Notes under the pieces: model-generated
What the model was told of the DNA's origin: nothing
The model's database searches: none
The model's input: only the letters and a program-made list of their open reading frames with translations
Position numbers and translations under genes: made by a program
Shown here: piece after piece, positions 1-9,532 of the stretch
Numbering within the stretch: the stretch's first letter is position 1
Layout of the letters: each line of letters opens with the position of its first letter
NCBI GenBank assembly: GCA_963713825.1
Contig: CAVQNG010000005.1
Location: forward strand, 320,001 to 384,000
Length of the DNA: 64,000 bases
Source of the DNA: an uncultured Acidobacteriota bacterium
Lineage (GTDB): Bacteria; Acidobacteriota; Thermoanaerobaculia; Multivoradales; JAHEKO01
Reading direction: 5' to 3'

Positions 1-13
1 GACCATCGCCCTG

Positions 14-3000
14 GTGGCGGTGGCGATCTGGGCCCTGATCTGGATTGTGCAGGGCGAGCGATTCGGGTCGTTCGTAGCCAGAAAAGTCGAGGATGCGGCC
101 GCGGGGTATCTCGAGCGCGAGGTGAGCATCGGCGCCCTCCGCGTCAAGTTGCTACCGCTGGGAGCGGAGATCTACGACGTTCGATTGGGCGGACCGGAGC
201 CGGACGATCCACCCTTCGCGGAGGTCGAGCAGATCCTCATCGATGCCGATATCACCGACTTTCGCCAGCCCCATCTATACCTCCACCAGGTCAAGCTCGT
301 TGGACCACGCATCTTCCTGGATTTCATCTCCAAAGGCGTCAACAACCTGCCTCGCGGCAAGAAGCGCGACAAGGAAGCTGCGCCCAGGCGACTGCCGCTG
401 AAGGTCACGGTTCGCTACCTGGCGTTGGAACGGGGATTCCTCGAGCTCCGGCAGCAACGACTCCCCATGGCGCTGACGGCGGAGTCCCTGACGGCGGAGG
501 TGTCAGGCAACCTGGAACGAGAGCTGCGAGGCACCTTGAGCGCTCCAGCGGTGTCGGTGAGCCTGCCGAAGGGTGATCCGATTGTCGGGGCCCTGAACCT
601 GGCCGTCAACCTCACCCCCGAGGGGCTGGCGCTCCAGGAAGGTCGAATCGAGGGTATCGACCTTACGGCTGCTGTCTCCGGTCATATCGGTTGGGGTGGA
701 GACCGAGAGGTCGTACTTGAACTGGAGGCCAGTGGCGACACGTCACTGTTCCGGCGCATGGGCTTTCTCAACGATCAGATCCAAGGCCCATTCGAGCTTG
801 TGGGTGGAATGGCCTGGCGCTCGGAAGCCTGGGGCTTTCGGGGGGAGCTGGATTCCCGCGAGCTGATTCTCTTGGACCGGCCGATCGGTCATGTCCACTG
901 TGTGCTGTCCGGCGATCGCAACGGGATCCAATTCGATATCGAGAGGGCCGACTACGGTAGCGGTTCCATTCGAGGAGCCGTCAACGTGGACTACCGCGGT
1001 CAGGACAAGTCTCTGGAGATCGATCTGCTACTCGATCAGGTGGAGCTCGAGACACTGCTGATGGATCAGCACATTCCGGTCAGCGGCCTTTCGGGCACCG
1101 TGTCCGGTGTCTTCGACTACCGCTTCCCGATGGGCGACGCCAATCACGGTCAGGGCTGGGGTGATTTGAAGATCACCGCCCTGAATGCCCTTGACCCCGA
1201 CGCCCTGCCAGTCGAGGGAACGGTGCCCTTGATCATCGAGAACGGCGTCATCCGGACTCGCGCCGCCCGGCTGACGACCGAAGCGCACGAGATCACCGCC
1301 ACCGGCTACTTCGACATCGCCAGCAAGGCGGGTCAGTTCGAGTATCAGATCGACACCAGCAGGCTGGCGGAGCTGCTGAAGCTATTGCCCCTGGAAGAGG
1401 CCATGGAACCTCCTCTTTGGTTGCCCACCTCTGGCCAGGGAGAGGTCGACGGAACTCTCTTCGTTGGGCCTGAAGGGCCGAGCACCCAAGTACAGCTCGC
1501 CTTGCGGAATGTGGTGGCCCCAGGATTTTCAGCCGATCAGGCTCAGGGTCGCCTGCGGGTCGGCACGTCAGGCGTCGAGGACTTGCGCATCGAGCTCCTG
1601 CGCCCGGGTGCTGGCCTGATCGTCACGGGGCGGCTGCCCTTTCCCGATCCGATGGCCGAGGCGCCGACTTCCAACTTCTCTCTGGCCATGGACGCTTCGA
1701 AGTGGCCCATGGCTCAAGTGCATCCCTGGCTACCCTTCGAGCTCGATCTGGACGGTGCGCTGACGGGTTCTGTGGTGCTGGCGGGTGACCTGGAGCACCC
1801 GACAGGTGACCTGGTGGCCCGGATCGACTCCATCTGGGTGGGAGACCTGCTCGCGGACTCACTGACGCTGGACATGGAGTTCAACCAGGACAGGGTGGTC
1901 TTTCGGCGGGCGGAGCTGACCGCGCCGGCCGGGCAGCTCGAACTGAGTGGCAGCTACGACCTGGCTGACGAGGCCGTTTCGTTGCAGATCGCCTCCAACG
2001 ACCTGGACATGACTGCAGAACCTTTGCTTTCGCTGCTACCGGTCGAAGTCGGAGGCAGCATGAGGTTGAGCGGCGTCGTTGGCGGGACTCTGGAGGAGCC
2101 GGCGGTGACGGCCGATCTGGCCTGGCGAGGGATGGCGATCGGGGATCGAGTCCTCGGAGAGGATGGCAGCGCCGATCTGCATGCCCATCTCGCCGGTGGT
2201 GATCTCACCCTCTCGGGAGATCTCCTGGGTCTCGTAACCCTGGACGGTGGTGGACAGCTGACCCGTGAGGGCCTGAGCCTTACGATCCCCGTCAGGGGTA
2301 ACGACATGCAGGGTTTGGTCAACCTCTCGGGTGCGGACGTAGTTCCGGACTGCTCGGGCGAGTTCGAAGGTGTGCTGAGTCTGGAAGCGGACTTCGGAAC
2401 GAATCAACCCTGGCGCTCGGAGCTGTCGTTGGAGCGCTTCTCGATCGAGCTGGCCGATCAGAGGTTGACGAATCTGGAGCCGGTCGTGATGCACCTGTCT
2501 GAAGAGGGCTTCCACGTGGACTCCTTCTTCATCGGCGATCCCGCCAGCGAAAGTGAGTTGTTCTTGTCAGGCGTGATGGCCCTCGACGAAGAGCGGTCCC
2601 TGGATTTGAACCTGCAGAGTTCCCTCGCGACCGAGTGGTTGGAGCTGCTGTTGCCTGAGTTGGGGCTGCGAACCGGGCGATTCGATGTCCTCGCGGCGGT
2701 CAGAGGCACGATGGACTCGCCGCGCCTCGATGGACAAGGGACCTTGACCAACGGACAGGTGATCGTGCCAGCGATCCCCCACGCTTTGGACAACATTCGC
2801 GGTCAGTTTCTCTTCTATCCCAGTCAGGTGGTGATCGACAGCTTGCAGGCCGATCTGGCTGGCGGCAAGGTGCGGGCCAGTGGCCTGCTCCTGCCTGTCT
2901 CCGATAACGGCGGCTTCGGCTATCAGCTCCAGATCTTCGCCGAGAACATCAACCTCCGCTTTCCTGAAGGCTGGCTGAGTCGTGGAGATGCAGAACTGTC

Positions 3001-3898
3001 GCTGGCGTCAACGGACGAGGGACACATCTTGCGCGGCAATGTCCGGCTCGATCGTGCCTACTACGTCCAGGACGTCAAAGTGAGCATGACCCAACTCCTG
3101 CGGGGCATCTTCGCTCGGCAGCGGGTGGAAGTCGATCGTGCCGGAGAGTTGCAGACCTCGACCCAGCTCAACATCGTCATCGACGGGCCGGGGGCTCTGC
3201 GGATTCGCAACAATCTGGCGGACATGCGAGGCGATATCGACCTCGTGGTGCGCGGTACCGTGGCCAATCCGGTGCTTTTCGGTCGGGTCGAGATCGAGCG
3301 GGGGGGCACCCTCTCCTACTCGGGCACAAAGTACACCGTCGATCAGGGTCTCGTGACGTTCGCCAATCCGTTCGCCATCGAGCCGGTCATCGACTTGGCA
3401 GCGACGGCGAGAGTCCGCGAGTACAACGTCACGATGAGTCTGTTCGGTGCGTTGGACAGTCTGAACGCGAATTTCTCGTCCGATCCACCACTCGCCGACC
3501 TCGAGGTACTGTCACTTCTGACCACAGGTGAGACCAATTGGAGGGGCACCCAGTCTTCGCAGGCCGCGGGCGAGACCGAGGCTGCGATGCGGGCCACAGG
3601 CTTGCTCTACGGACAGGCCGCGTCCTTGATCTCCGAGCGGACGAGCAATTTGTTCGGCTTCGACCGGGTGCGTCTGGAGCCACTGACAACTTCCAGCGGC
3701 GACCTCTCTTCAGCCCGCGTGACGGTAGGTAAGCAGGTCTCTAGAGATGTCTTCCTCACCTACTCCTACGACCCTTCCACCACCGAGGAGCAGGTCATCC
3801 AGGTCGAGTGGGTGTTCATGGAAGGGACGACTCTCGTCCTGACCCAGGACGGCGACGGTAGCTATTCGGCCGACGTTCGCTGGGAGCGGACCTTTTGA
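14..3898 (+). CDS. tamB: Translocation/assembly module TamB (AsmA-like) protein; the true start may lie upstream of the window
   Basis: 1294-aa beta-rich ORF with an N-terminal TM segment and a TamB/DUF490-like C-terminus (LSLLTTG...VTVGKQVSRDVFLTYS...DVRWERTF); lies directly upstream of an Omp85 gene. Confidence 0.85.
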   Translation: MAVAIWALIWIVQGERFGSFVARKVEDAAAGYLEREVSIGALRVKLLPLGAEIYDVRLGGPEPDDPPFAEVEQILIDADITDFRQPHLYLHQVKLVGPRIFLDFISKGVNNLPRGKKRDKEAAPRRLPLKVTVRYLALERGFLELRQQRLPMALTAESLTAEVSGNLERELRGTLSAPAVSVSLPKGDPIVGALNLAVNLTPEGLALQEGRIEGIDLTAAVSGHIGWGGDREVVLELEASGDTSLFRRMGFLNDQIQGPFELVGGMAWRSEAWGFRGELDSRELILLDRPIGHVHCVLSGDRNGIQFDIERADYGSGSIRGAVNVDYRGQDKSLEIDLLLDQVELETLLMDQHIPVSGLSGTVSGVFDYRFPMGDANHGQGWGDLKITALNALDPDALPVEGTVPLIIENGVIRTRAARLTTEAHEITATGYFDIASKAGQFEYQIDTSRLAELLKLLPLEEAMEPPLWLPTSGQGEVDGTLFVGPEGPSTQVQLALRNVVAPGFSADQAQGRLRVGTSGVEDLRIELLRPGAGLIVTGRLPFPDPMAEAPTSNFSLAMDASKWPMAQVHPWLPFELDLDGALTGSVVLAGDLEHPTGDLVARIDSIWVGDLLADSLTLDMEFNQDRVVFRRAELTAPAGQLELSGSYDLADEAVSLQIASNDLDMTAEPLLSLLPVEVGGSMRLSGVVGGTLEEPAVTADLAWRGMAIGDRVLGEDGSADLHAHLAGGDLTLSGDLLGLVTLDGGGQLTREGLSLTIPVRGNDMQGLVNLSGADVVPDCSGEFEGVLSLEADFGTNQPWRSELSLERFSIELADQRLTNLEPVVMHLSEEGFHVDSFFIGDPASESELFLSGVMALDEERSLDLNLQSSLATEWLELLLPELGLRTGRFDVLAAVRGTMDSPRLDGQGTLTNGQVIVPAIPHALDNIRGQFLFYPSQVVIDSLQADLAGGKVRASGLLLPVSDNGGFGYQLQIFAENINLRFPEGWLSRGDAELSLASTDEGHILRGNVRLDRAYYVQDVKVSMTQLLRGIFARQRVEVDRAGELQTSTQLNIVIDGPGALRIRNNLADMRGDIDLVVRGTVANPVLFGRVEIERGGTLSYSGTKYTVDQGLVTFANPFAIEPVIDLAATARVREYNVTMSLFGALDSLNANFSSDPPLADLEVLSLLTTGETNWRGTQSSQAAGETEAAMRATGLLYGQAASLISERTSNLFGFDRVRLEPLTTSSGDLSSARVTVGKQVSRDVFLTYSYDPSTTEEQVIQVEWVFMEGTTLVLTQDGDGSYSADVRWERTF

Positions 3899-3960
3899 GG
3901 AGCTCGTGGGTGGCCCGGCCGAGCGCAGCTGGCAACCGATCGATCGGCCGGTTCCGGGCC

Positions 3961-6786
3961 ATGAGTCTGGCGAAGTACAGATTCACGCTGCTGATCCTGG
4001 GGCTCGCAGTTGTCGGCATTCTGCGCTCCGACGCGGCCAGGGCCGAGCCGGGATTGCCCGTCAGTGCCATTGTCGTGCGAGCCGACACCGACCTCGAGGA
4101 CTTGGCGCAGCTGGTTGAGTTCCTGGCAATCGAAGTGGGCGATCCGTACTCGTTGGAGGCGGTTTCGGACAGCATTCGCAATTTACAGGCCTCGGGAAGC
4201 ACCGGGCAGATCGAGGCCTTCGCGCGAACGACTCCGGAGGGCGTCGAGGTGACCTTCGCCCTCTGGGCGAACTTCATGGTCAATTCAGTGGCGCTGGATG
4301 GGGACTTGGGCATCAAGAGACGCAATCTGATGTCAGAGGTGGAGGTTCGGCCCCGTTCTGCGTTGATCGAAAGTCAAATCCTGAGGGATTTCTACCGACT
4401 TGGTGATCGACTGGCAGTCGAGGGCTTTCTGGCGGCTCGGGTAACACCCGACGTCGAGATCGACGAGCAGCGCAAGCTTGCCGATGTGACCTACCGGATC
4501 GAGAGTGGGCCGTCCTTTACCGTTGCTGGGATCGATTTCGAAGGCGATCTCGGGCCGTTCGATCCAGGCACGCTCATGCAACCTCTGCGCTCCTCTCCTG
4601 GCAAGAAGTTCTTCAGTCGCAGACCAGCCGAAGATGCCGAGAGCCTCGAGGGCTGGCTCATCGACCAGGGGTACCGGCAAGCGATCGTCGATCCGGGCGA
4701 GGTAACGACGGACTGGGAGGCCGCCGAAGTTCACCTACGCTACCGGGTCGAGCTGGGACCCCGCTTCGAGATCGAGATCCTGGGAGGAGACTCGAGGCGG
4801 CTCCAGAAGAGAGGTCTGTTGCCGTTTCTCGAGCAGCAGCGGTTCGACGAGGCCTTGCTTCTCCAGTCGGTCGAGAGGATCCGCAGTCACTATCAACAGC
4901 AGGGTTATTACCAGGTCGAGATCAAGACGAGTCAGGAGAGGGCTGGAGACTCGATTCATGTGCGGCTGGTGATCGATCCGGGCTCGACTTTCCGGCTGGG
5001 AGAGGTGTTGCTCACCGGCAACGAGTACTTCAGCGATCGGCAGCTGACTACCCTCATGACGACCTCGCCGCGACGCGGTCTGGGATCTGGTGGTCCACTT
5101 GTGGACTCGGTGCTGGACGATGATCTCGCCAACATCGAGGCTTTCTACGCGCTCGGTGGGTACGACCAGGCCGTCGTCGGGCCAGCCGAAGTGGAGATCG
5201 AGGGTCAGGATCTCTACGTGGGTGTGCCAATCGAAGAGGGCCGTCAGCTCAGGGTGGTGGAGTTGAAGTTGGAAGGTGTCACGCAGCTACCCGAGGGGCA
5301 ACTGCTCGCAGGTTTGCCGCTGAGCGCTGGCGGACCGTTCCATCAGGCTCTTCTCAACGAGACCATGATTGCGATTCGGTCTCGATACGAGACGGAAGGG
5401 TATGAATCAACCCAGATCTCGCCGCTCTTGGAATGGAACGAGGATGGGACCCGTGTCGACGTTACGCTCCGTCTACTGGAGGGGCCCCGCAGCATTGTCG
5501 ATCGAATCATCGTTCGGGGAGCGAACAGAACCAACTCGAGAGTCGTGCGGTATGCAATGCGTCTCGAGTCGGGGGAACATTTCAACACTGGTCGATTGCT
5601 GGAGGTGCAGCGGAACCTCTACCGGCTCGGGACGTTCTCGCGGGTCGAGGTGAGACGGGCACCAGGGGTCCCTTTCAAGGGCGAGCGAGACATCCTCGTG
5701 CATCTGGAGGAAGGCAAGCGGCGCAAACTGACCTACGGTTTTGGATTCGATTCCGAAGACGGTCTGCGGGGTCTTTTCGGATACTCCATGAGCAATCTCC
5801 TGGGAAGGGCGCTGACGGCCAGAGTCGATGTCAGGGCCTCGAATCGCGACAACCTCGCCAGGGTTCTGCTGACGCAGCCCTACTTCTTCCACCTACCCTA
5901 TCCCTCGACTGTTTCTCTCTTTTACATCGAGGAGGTCAAGGACAGCTTCACGTCACGGCGCCGGGGCGGGCAGTTCGAGCTCCGACGGCAGGGGACTTTC
6001 AGCCGAGTCAATCTTTTACTCGACTATCGCCATGTGGAGGTTCTCGAGGCCGTGGAAGCTCTCGGGGATCTCGAGATCGACCGCGATCTGCAGGCGGTGC
6101 AGATTGCCAGCATCACTCCGGCTTGGAGCCTGGATCACCGCAACGACGAATTCGACCCGAGTGAGGGGTGGAACACGATTCTCCAGCTCGAATATGCGTT
6201 TCCGTTCGCCGGAGCCGAGACCGAGTTCATGAAGGCATTTGTCCAGGCGGCTGGCTACCTGGATTTTGGCTGGGCCGGTGTGCTCGCCGGCAGTTTTCGT
6301 GTCGGCGCCATCGAGCCACTGAACGAAGCGGTGATCGACACCACGCTTCCGCCCTATCTGCCTTCTCGCTACATACCCATCTCGGAGAGGTTCTTCGCGG
6401 GCGGCCGAACGACGCATCGGGCCTACAAGCGTGATCGGCTGGGCATCCCAGGAGAGACCCTCATCCTTCCGAGACCGATTCCTCTCGATCAGGAGGTAGA
6501 TGCGAGCGATTTGGTCGCGGTCGGAGGGAACGGTCTGCTGATCCTCAATTTGGACTATCGATTCCCGATCGCTGGTCCCATTGGCGGCACGCTGTTCGCC
6601 GACTTCGGAAATCTCTGGGCCGACTGGCGAAGCATCAATGTTTCGGAAGGTAAGCCGGGAATCGGCACCGGGGTGCGATACAGCTCGCCGATCGGGCCGA
6701 TTCGGGTCGAGGTCGGCTACAAGCTCGATCCATTGCCCGGCGAAGACGATTGGGTAGTTCTGTTTAGCGTCGGCAACGCCTTCTAA
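3961..6786 (+). CDS. Omp85-family (BamA/TamA) outer-membrane protein with multiple POTRA domains
   Basis: Signal peptide, repeated POTRA-like segments, ERFFAGG..HRAY motif, C-terminal SPIGPIRVEVG...FSVGNAF; start moved to ATG 3961. Confidence 0.88.
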   Translation: MSLAKYRFTLLILGLAVVGILRSDAARAEPGLPVSAIVVRADTDLEDLAQLVEFLAIEVGDPYSLEAVSDSIRNLQASGSTGQIEAFARTTPEGVEVTFALWANFMVNSVALDGDLGIKRRNLMSEVEVRPRSALIESQILRDFYRLGDRLAVEGFLAARVTPDVEIDEQRKLADVTYRIESGPSFTVAGIDFEGDLGPFDPGTLMQPLRSSPGKKFFSRRPAEDAESLEGWLIDQGYRQAIVDPGEVTTDWEAAEVHLRYRVELGPRFEIEILGGDSRRLQKRGLLPFLEQQRFDEALLLQSVERIRSHYQQQGYYQVEIKTSQERAGDSIHVRLVIDPGSTFRLGEVLLTGNEYFSDRQLTTLMTTSPRRGLGSGGPLVDSVLDDDLANIEAFYALGGYDQAVVGPAEVEIEGQDLYVGVPIEEGRQLRVVELKLEGVTQLPEGQLLAGLPLSAGGPFHQALLNETMIAIRSRYETEGYESTQISPLLEWNEDGTRVDVTLRLLEGPRSIVDRIIVRGANRTNSRVVRYAMRLESGEHFNTGRLLEVQRNLYRLGTFSRVEVRRAPGVPFKGERDILVHLEEGKRRKLTYGFGFDSEDGLRGLFGYSMSNLLGRALTARVDVRASNRDNLARVLLTQPYFFHLPYPSTVSLFYIEEVKDSFTSRRRGGQFELRRQGTFSRVNLLLDYRHVEVLEAVEALGDLEIDRDLQAVQIASITPAWSLDHRNDEFDPSEGWNTILQLEYAFPFAGAETEFMKAFVQAAGYLDFGWAGVLAGSFRVGAIEPLNEAVIDTTLPPYLPSRYIPISERFFAGGRTTHRAYKRDRLGIPGETLILPRPIPLDQEVDASDLVAVGGNGLLILNLDYRFPIAGPIGGTLFADFGNLWADWRSINVSEGKPGIGTGVRYSSPIGPIRVEVGYKLDPLPGEDDWVVLFSVGNAF

Positions 6787-6791
6787 TACCC

Positions 6792-6820
6792 TTGACCCTC
6801 GGCTGATCGATGGGTACACT
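6792..6820 (+). promoter_or_regulatory. Sigma70-type promoter of the sat-cysC operon
   Basis: TTGACC-17 nt-TACACT. Confidence 0.6.
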
Positions 6821-6976
6821 TTGCGCCACTGGAGCCCGCAAAGGGGCTCCTTTGCCGAATCCGGGCCCGACGAAACCTCCAGACCTTCAAACGCGACGCA
6901 TCGCTTGCACAGGATGGCTGTGCTTTGCCGCGAGCCCGGAACGCACCAACTTCTTAATCTTGGAGAAGGACCGATC

Positions 6977-8704
6977 ATGAATCACTTGAATAGTCCCCAC
7001 GGCGGAGAACTCGTCGATCTGCTGGCCACCGAGGAACGCCGAGAGGAGTTGAAGAAGGCCTCCCGGGACTGGGTGTCCTGGGATCTCACCCCGCGTCAGC
7101 TCTGTGATCTGGAACTGCTGATGAATGGTGGCTTCTCACCGCTCGAGAGCTTTATGGGTAGAGAGGACTTCGAGTCCGTTTGCTCGAATATGCGCCTGGC
7201 CGATGGCACTCTCTGGCCGCTGCCGATCACTCTCGATATCACCGAGGAGATCGCTGACCAGGTGGCCCCCGGCGAGCCCCTGGCTCTCAGGGACCCCGAG
7301 GGGACCATGTTGGCAGTGCTGTGGCTCGACGATCGGTGGGAGCTCGACCGGGAGTCCAAGGCCAAGGCCGTATACGGCACACTGGATCGCAAGCACCCCG
7401 GAGTGGCGCATCTTTTCGAGCGCACCAACAACATTGCCGTGGGGGGGCGCCTCGAGGGCGTGGAGCTGCCTTTCCACTACGACTTCGTGCGGCTGCGCCT
7501 GACGCCGCAACAGGTCAGGAATCGGTTCTCGAAGCTGGGCTGGAAGAAGGTCGTGGCCTTCCAGACTCGCAACCCCTTGCATCGAGCTCACTTCGAGCTG
7601 ACACTTCGCGCCGCCAGAGAACACGAAGCCAATCTACTGATTCATCCGGTCGTCGGCATGACCAAGCCCGGAGATGTCGATCACTACACCCGGGTACGCT
7701 GCTATCAGTCGGTGCTGGATCGCTATCCGACCAACACGGCCATGCTCTCGCTGTTGCCTTTGGCAATGCGCATGGGCGGGCCACGCGAGGCCCTGCTGCA
7801 CGCCATCATTCGCAAGAACTACGGCTGCACGCACTTCATCGTCGGGCGGGATCATGCCGGCCCTGGCAACGATTCGAAGGGTCAGCCTTTCTACGATCCC
7901 TACGGTGCCCAGGAGCTCATGCGTGAGCATCAGGACGAGCTGGGTATCGAGATGGTGCCGTTCAAGATGGTCGTCTATGTGGAAGACCAGGATGCCTACC
8001 AGCCGATGGACGAGGTGGCAGAAGGGGCTCGTACCCTGAGTCTGTCGGGCACCGATCTGCGGGACCGGTTGGCCAACGGACGTGAGATCCCCGAGTGGTT
8101 CACCTTCTCCGAGGTGGCCGACCAGCTCCGTCGCACTCATCCTCCGCGACACAAGCAGGGCTTCACCGTCTTCTTCACGGGCCTATCGGGGTCGGGCAAG
8201 TCGACGGTGGCCAACGTCCTGATGGTCAAGTTGCTGGAAATGGGTGGCCGTCCCGTTACCCTGCTCGATGGCGACATCGTCCGGAAGAACCTCTCCTCGG
8301 AGTTGGGCTTCTCCAAAGAGCATCGGGACCTGAACATCCAACGCATCGGCTTCGTGGCCTCCGAGATCACCAAGAACGGTGGCATCGCGATCTGTGCCCC
8401 CATCGCCCCGTACGACTCGGTTCGCCAGCAGGTGGCTGACACGGTGCGCCCAGGCGGTGGCTTTGCGCTGGTTCACGTCGCGACATCGTTGGAGATCTGT
8501 GAGCAACGGGATCGCAAGGGGCTGTATGCGAAGGCCAGAGCGGGCATCATCAAGGAGTTCACCGGCATCTCCGATCCGTACGAAGTTCCCGAGACTCCGG
8601 AAATCACGATCGATTCCGGTGTCCTGTCACCCGAAGAGGCGGCCCAGCAGATCATTCTGTATCTCGAACGGGAAGGCTACGTCGGGGCCACCACGGACGG
8701 CTAG
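6977..8704 (+). CDS. sat: Bifunctional sulfate adenylyltransferase / adenylylsulfate kinase (Sat-CysC)
   Basis: QTRNPLHRAH and VGRDHAG ATP-sulfurylase motifs; GLSGSGKST P-loop and LDGDIVR APS-kinase motifs; purine-rich RBS before ATG 6977. Confidence 0.95.
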   Translation: MNHLNSPHGGELVDLLATEERREELKKASRDWVSWDLTPRQLCDLELLMNGGFSPLESFMGREDFESVCSNMRLADGTLWPLPITLDITEEIADQVAPGEPLALRDPEGTMLAVLWLDDRWELDRESKAKAVYGTLDRKHPGVAHLFERTNNIAVGGRLEGVELPFHYDFVRLRLTPQQVRNRFSKLGWKKVVAFQTRNPLHRAHFELTLRAAREHEANLLIHPVVGMTKPGDVDHYTRVRCYQSVLDRYPTNTAMLSLLPLAMRMGGPREALLHAIIRKNYGCTHFIVGRDHAGPGNDSKGQPFYDPYGAQELMREHQDELGIEMVPFKMVVYVEDQDAYQPMDEVAEGARTLSLSGTDLRDRLANGREIPEWFTFSEVADQLRRTHPPRHKQGFTVFFTGLSGSGKSTVANVLMVKLLEMGGRPVTLLDGDIVRKNLSSELGFSKEHRDLNIQRIGFVASEITKNGGIAICAPIAPYDSVRQQVADTVRPGGGFALVHVATSLEICEQRDRKGLYAKARAGIIKEFTGISDPYEVPETPEITIDSGVLSPEEAAQQIILYLEREGYVGATTDG

Positions 8705-8725
8705 ACGAAAATAGGAACCAAGACC

Positions 8726-9514
8726 ATGAGCCGACAAGAAGATCTGGCAAGGATCGAAGAGGCGCTGCGCCTCGCCGAAAAGGTTCTCGAGCCCTTCACT
8801 CCGGGCGCCATAGCTGTCGAGCGCAAGGCCGGTGGAGATCCAGTGACGGAAGCCGACTGGCGAGTCAACGAGACCCTCTACAACGCCCTGCCCCGAGAGG
8901 GTGAGGGCTGGCTCTCCGAGGAAACCGTGGACGATCTGGAGCGCCTCGACAAGTCGCGGGTCTGGGTCGTGGATCCCTTGGACGGGACTCGGGAGTTCGT
9001 CGAAGGACTTCCCGAGTGGAGCGTTTCAGTCGGTTTGGTGGAGAACGGCCAACCTGTGGCCGGCGGGATCTTGAATCCCGCTACAGGGCAGATGGTCCTG
9101 GGGGCTCTTGGTCATGGCGTGACGCTCAACGGTGAGGAGGCGAGGGTTACCGATCGCACCGACCTGAAGGGTGCCGTGGTCATGGCGAGTCGCAGCGAAG
9201 TGCGCCGTGGAGAGTGGAAGCGTTTCGAGGACCAGGGTTTCGAGGTCAGGGCCTGTGGCTCGGTGGCCTATAAGCTGGCCATGGTGGCGGCCGGACTCGT
9301 CGATGCGACGTGGACCCTGGTTCCCAAGAATGAATGGGACGTGGTGGCTGGTGTAGCGCTGGTCAGAGCCGCGGGAGGTCACACCGAGGTGCTGGACGAA
9401 CCTCAACGTGGCTTCAATCAGAGAGTCCCTCTGATGCCCGGCCTACTGGCCTATGGTCCGACGCTCCACGAGAGCATTCAGGAAGTCATCGCTCGCACGG
9501 CCGACACGGACTAA
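8726..9514 (+). CDS. cysQ: 3'(2'),5'-bisphosphate nucleotidase CysQ (inositol monophosphatase family)
   Basis: PVTEAD, LSEE, WVVDPLDGTREF and EWDVVAG motifs; adjacent to sat-cysC. Confidence 0.88.
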   Translation: MSRQEDLARIEEALRLAEKVLEPFTPGAIAVERKAGGDPVTEADWRVNETLYNALPREGEGWLSEETVDDLERLDKSRVWVVDPLDGTREFVEGLPEWSVSVGLVENGQPVAGGILNPATGQMVLGALGHGVTLNGEEARVTDRTDLKGAVVMASRSEVRRGEWKRFEDQGFEVRACGSVAYKLAMVAAGLVDATWTLVPKNEWDVVAGVALVRAAGGHTEVLDEPQRGFNQRVPLMPGLLAYGPTLHESIQEVIARTADTD

Positions 9515-9532
9515 CTGGATCGCGTTGTCAGC

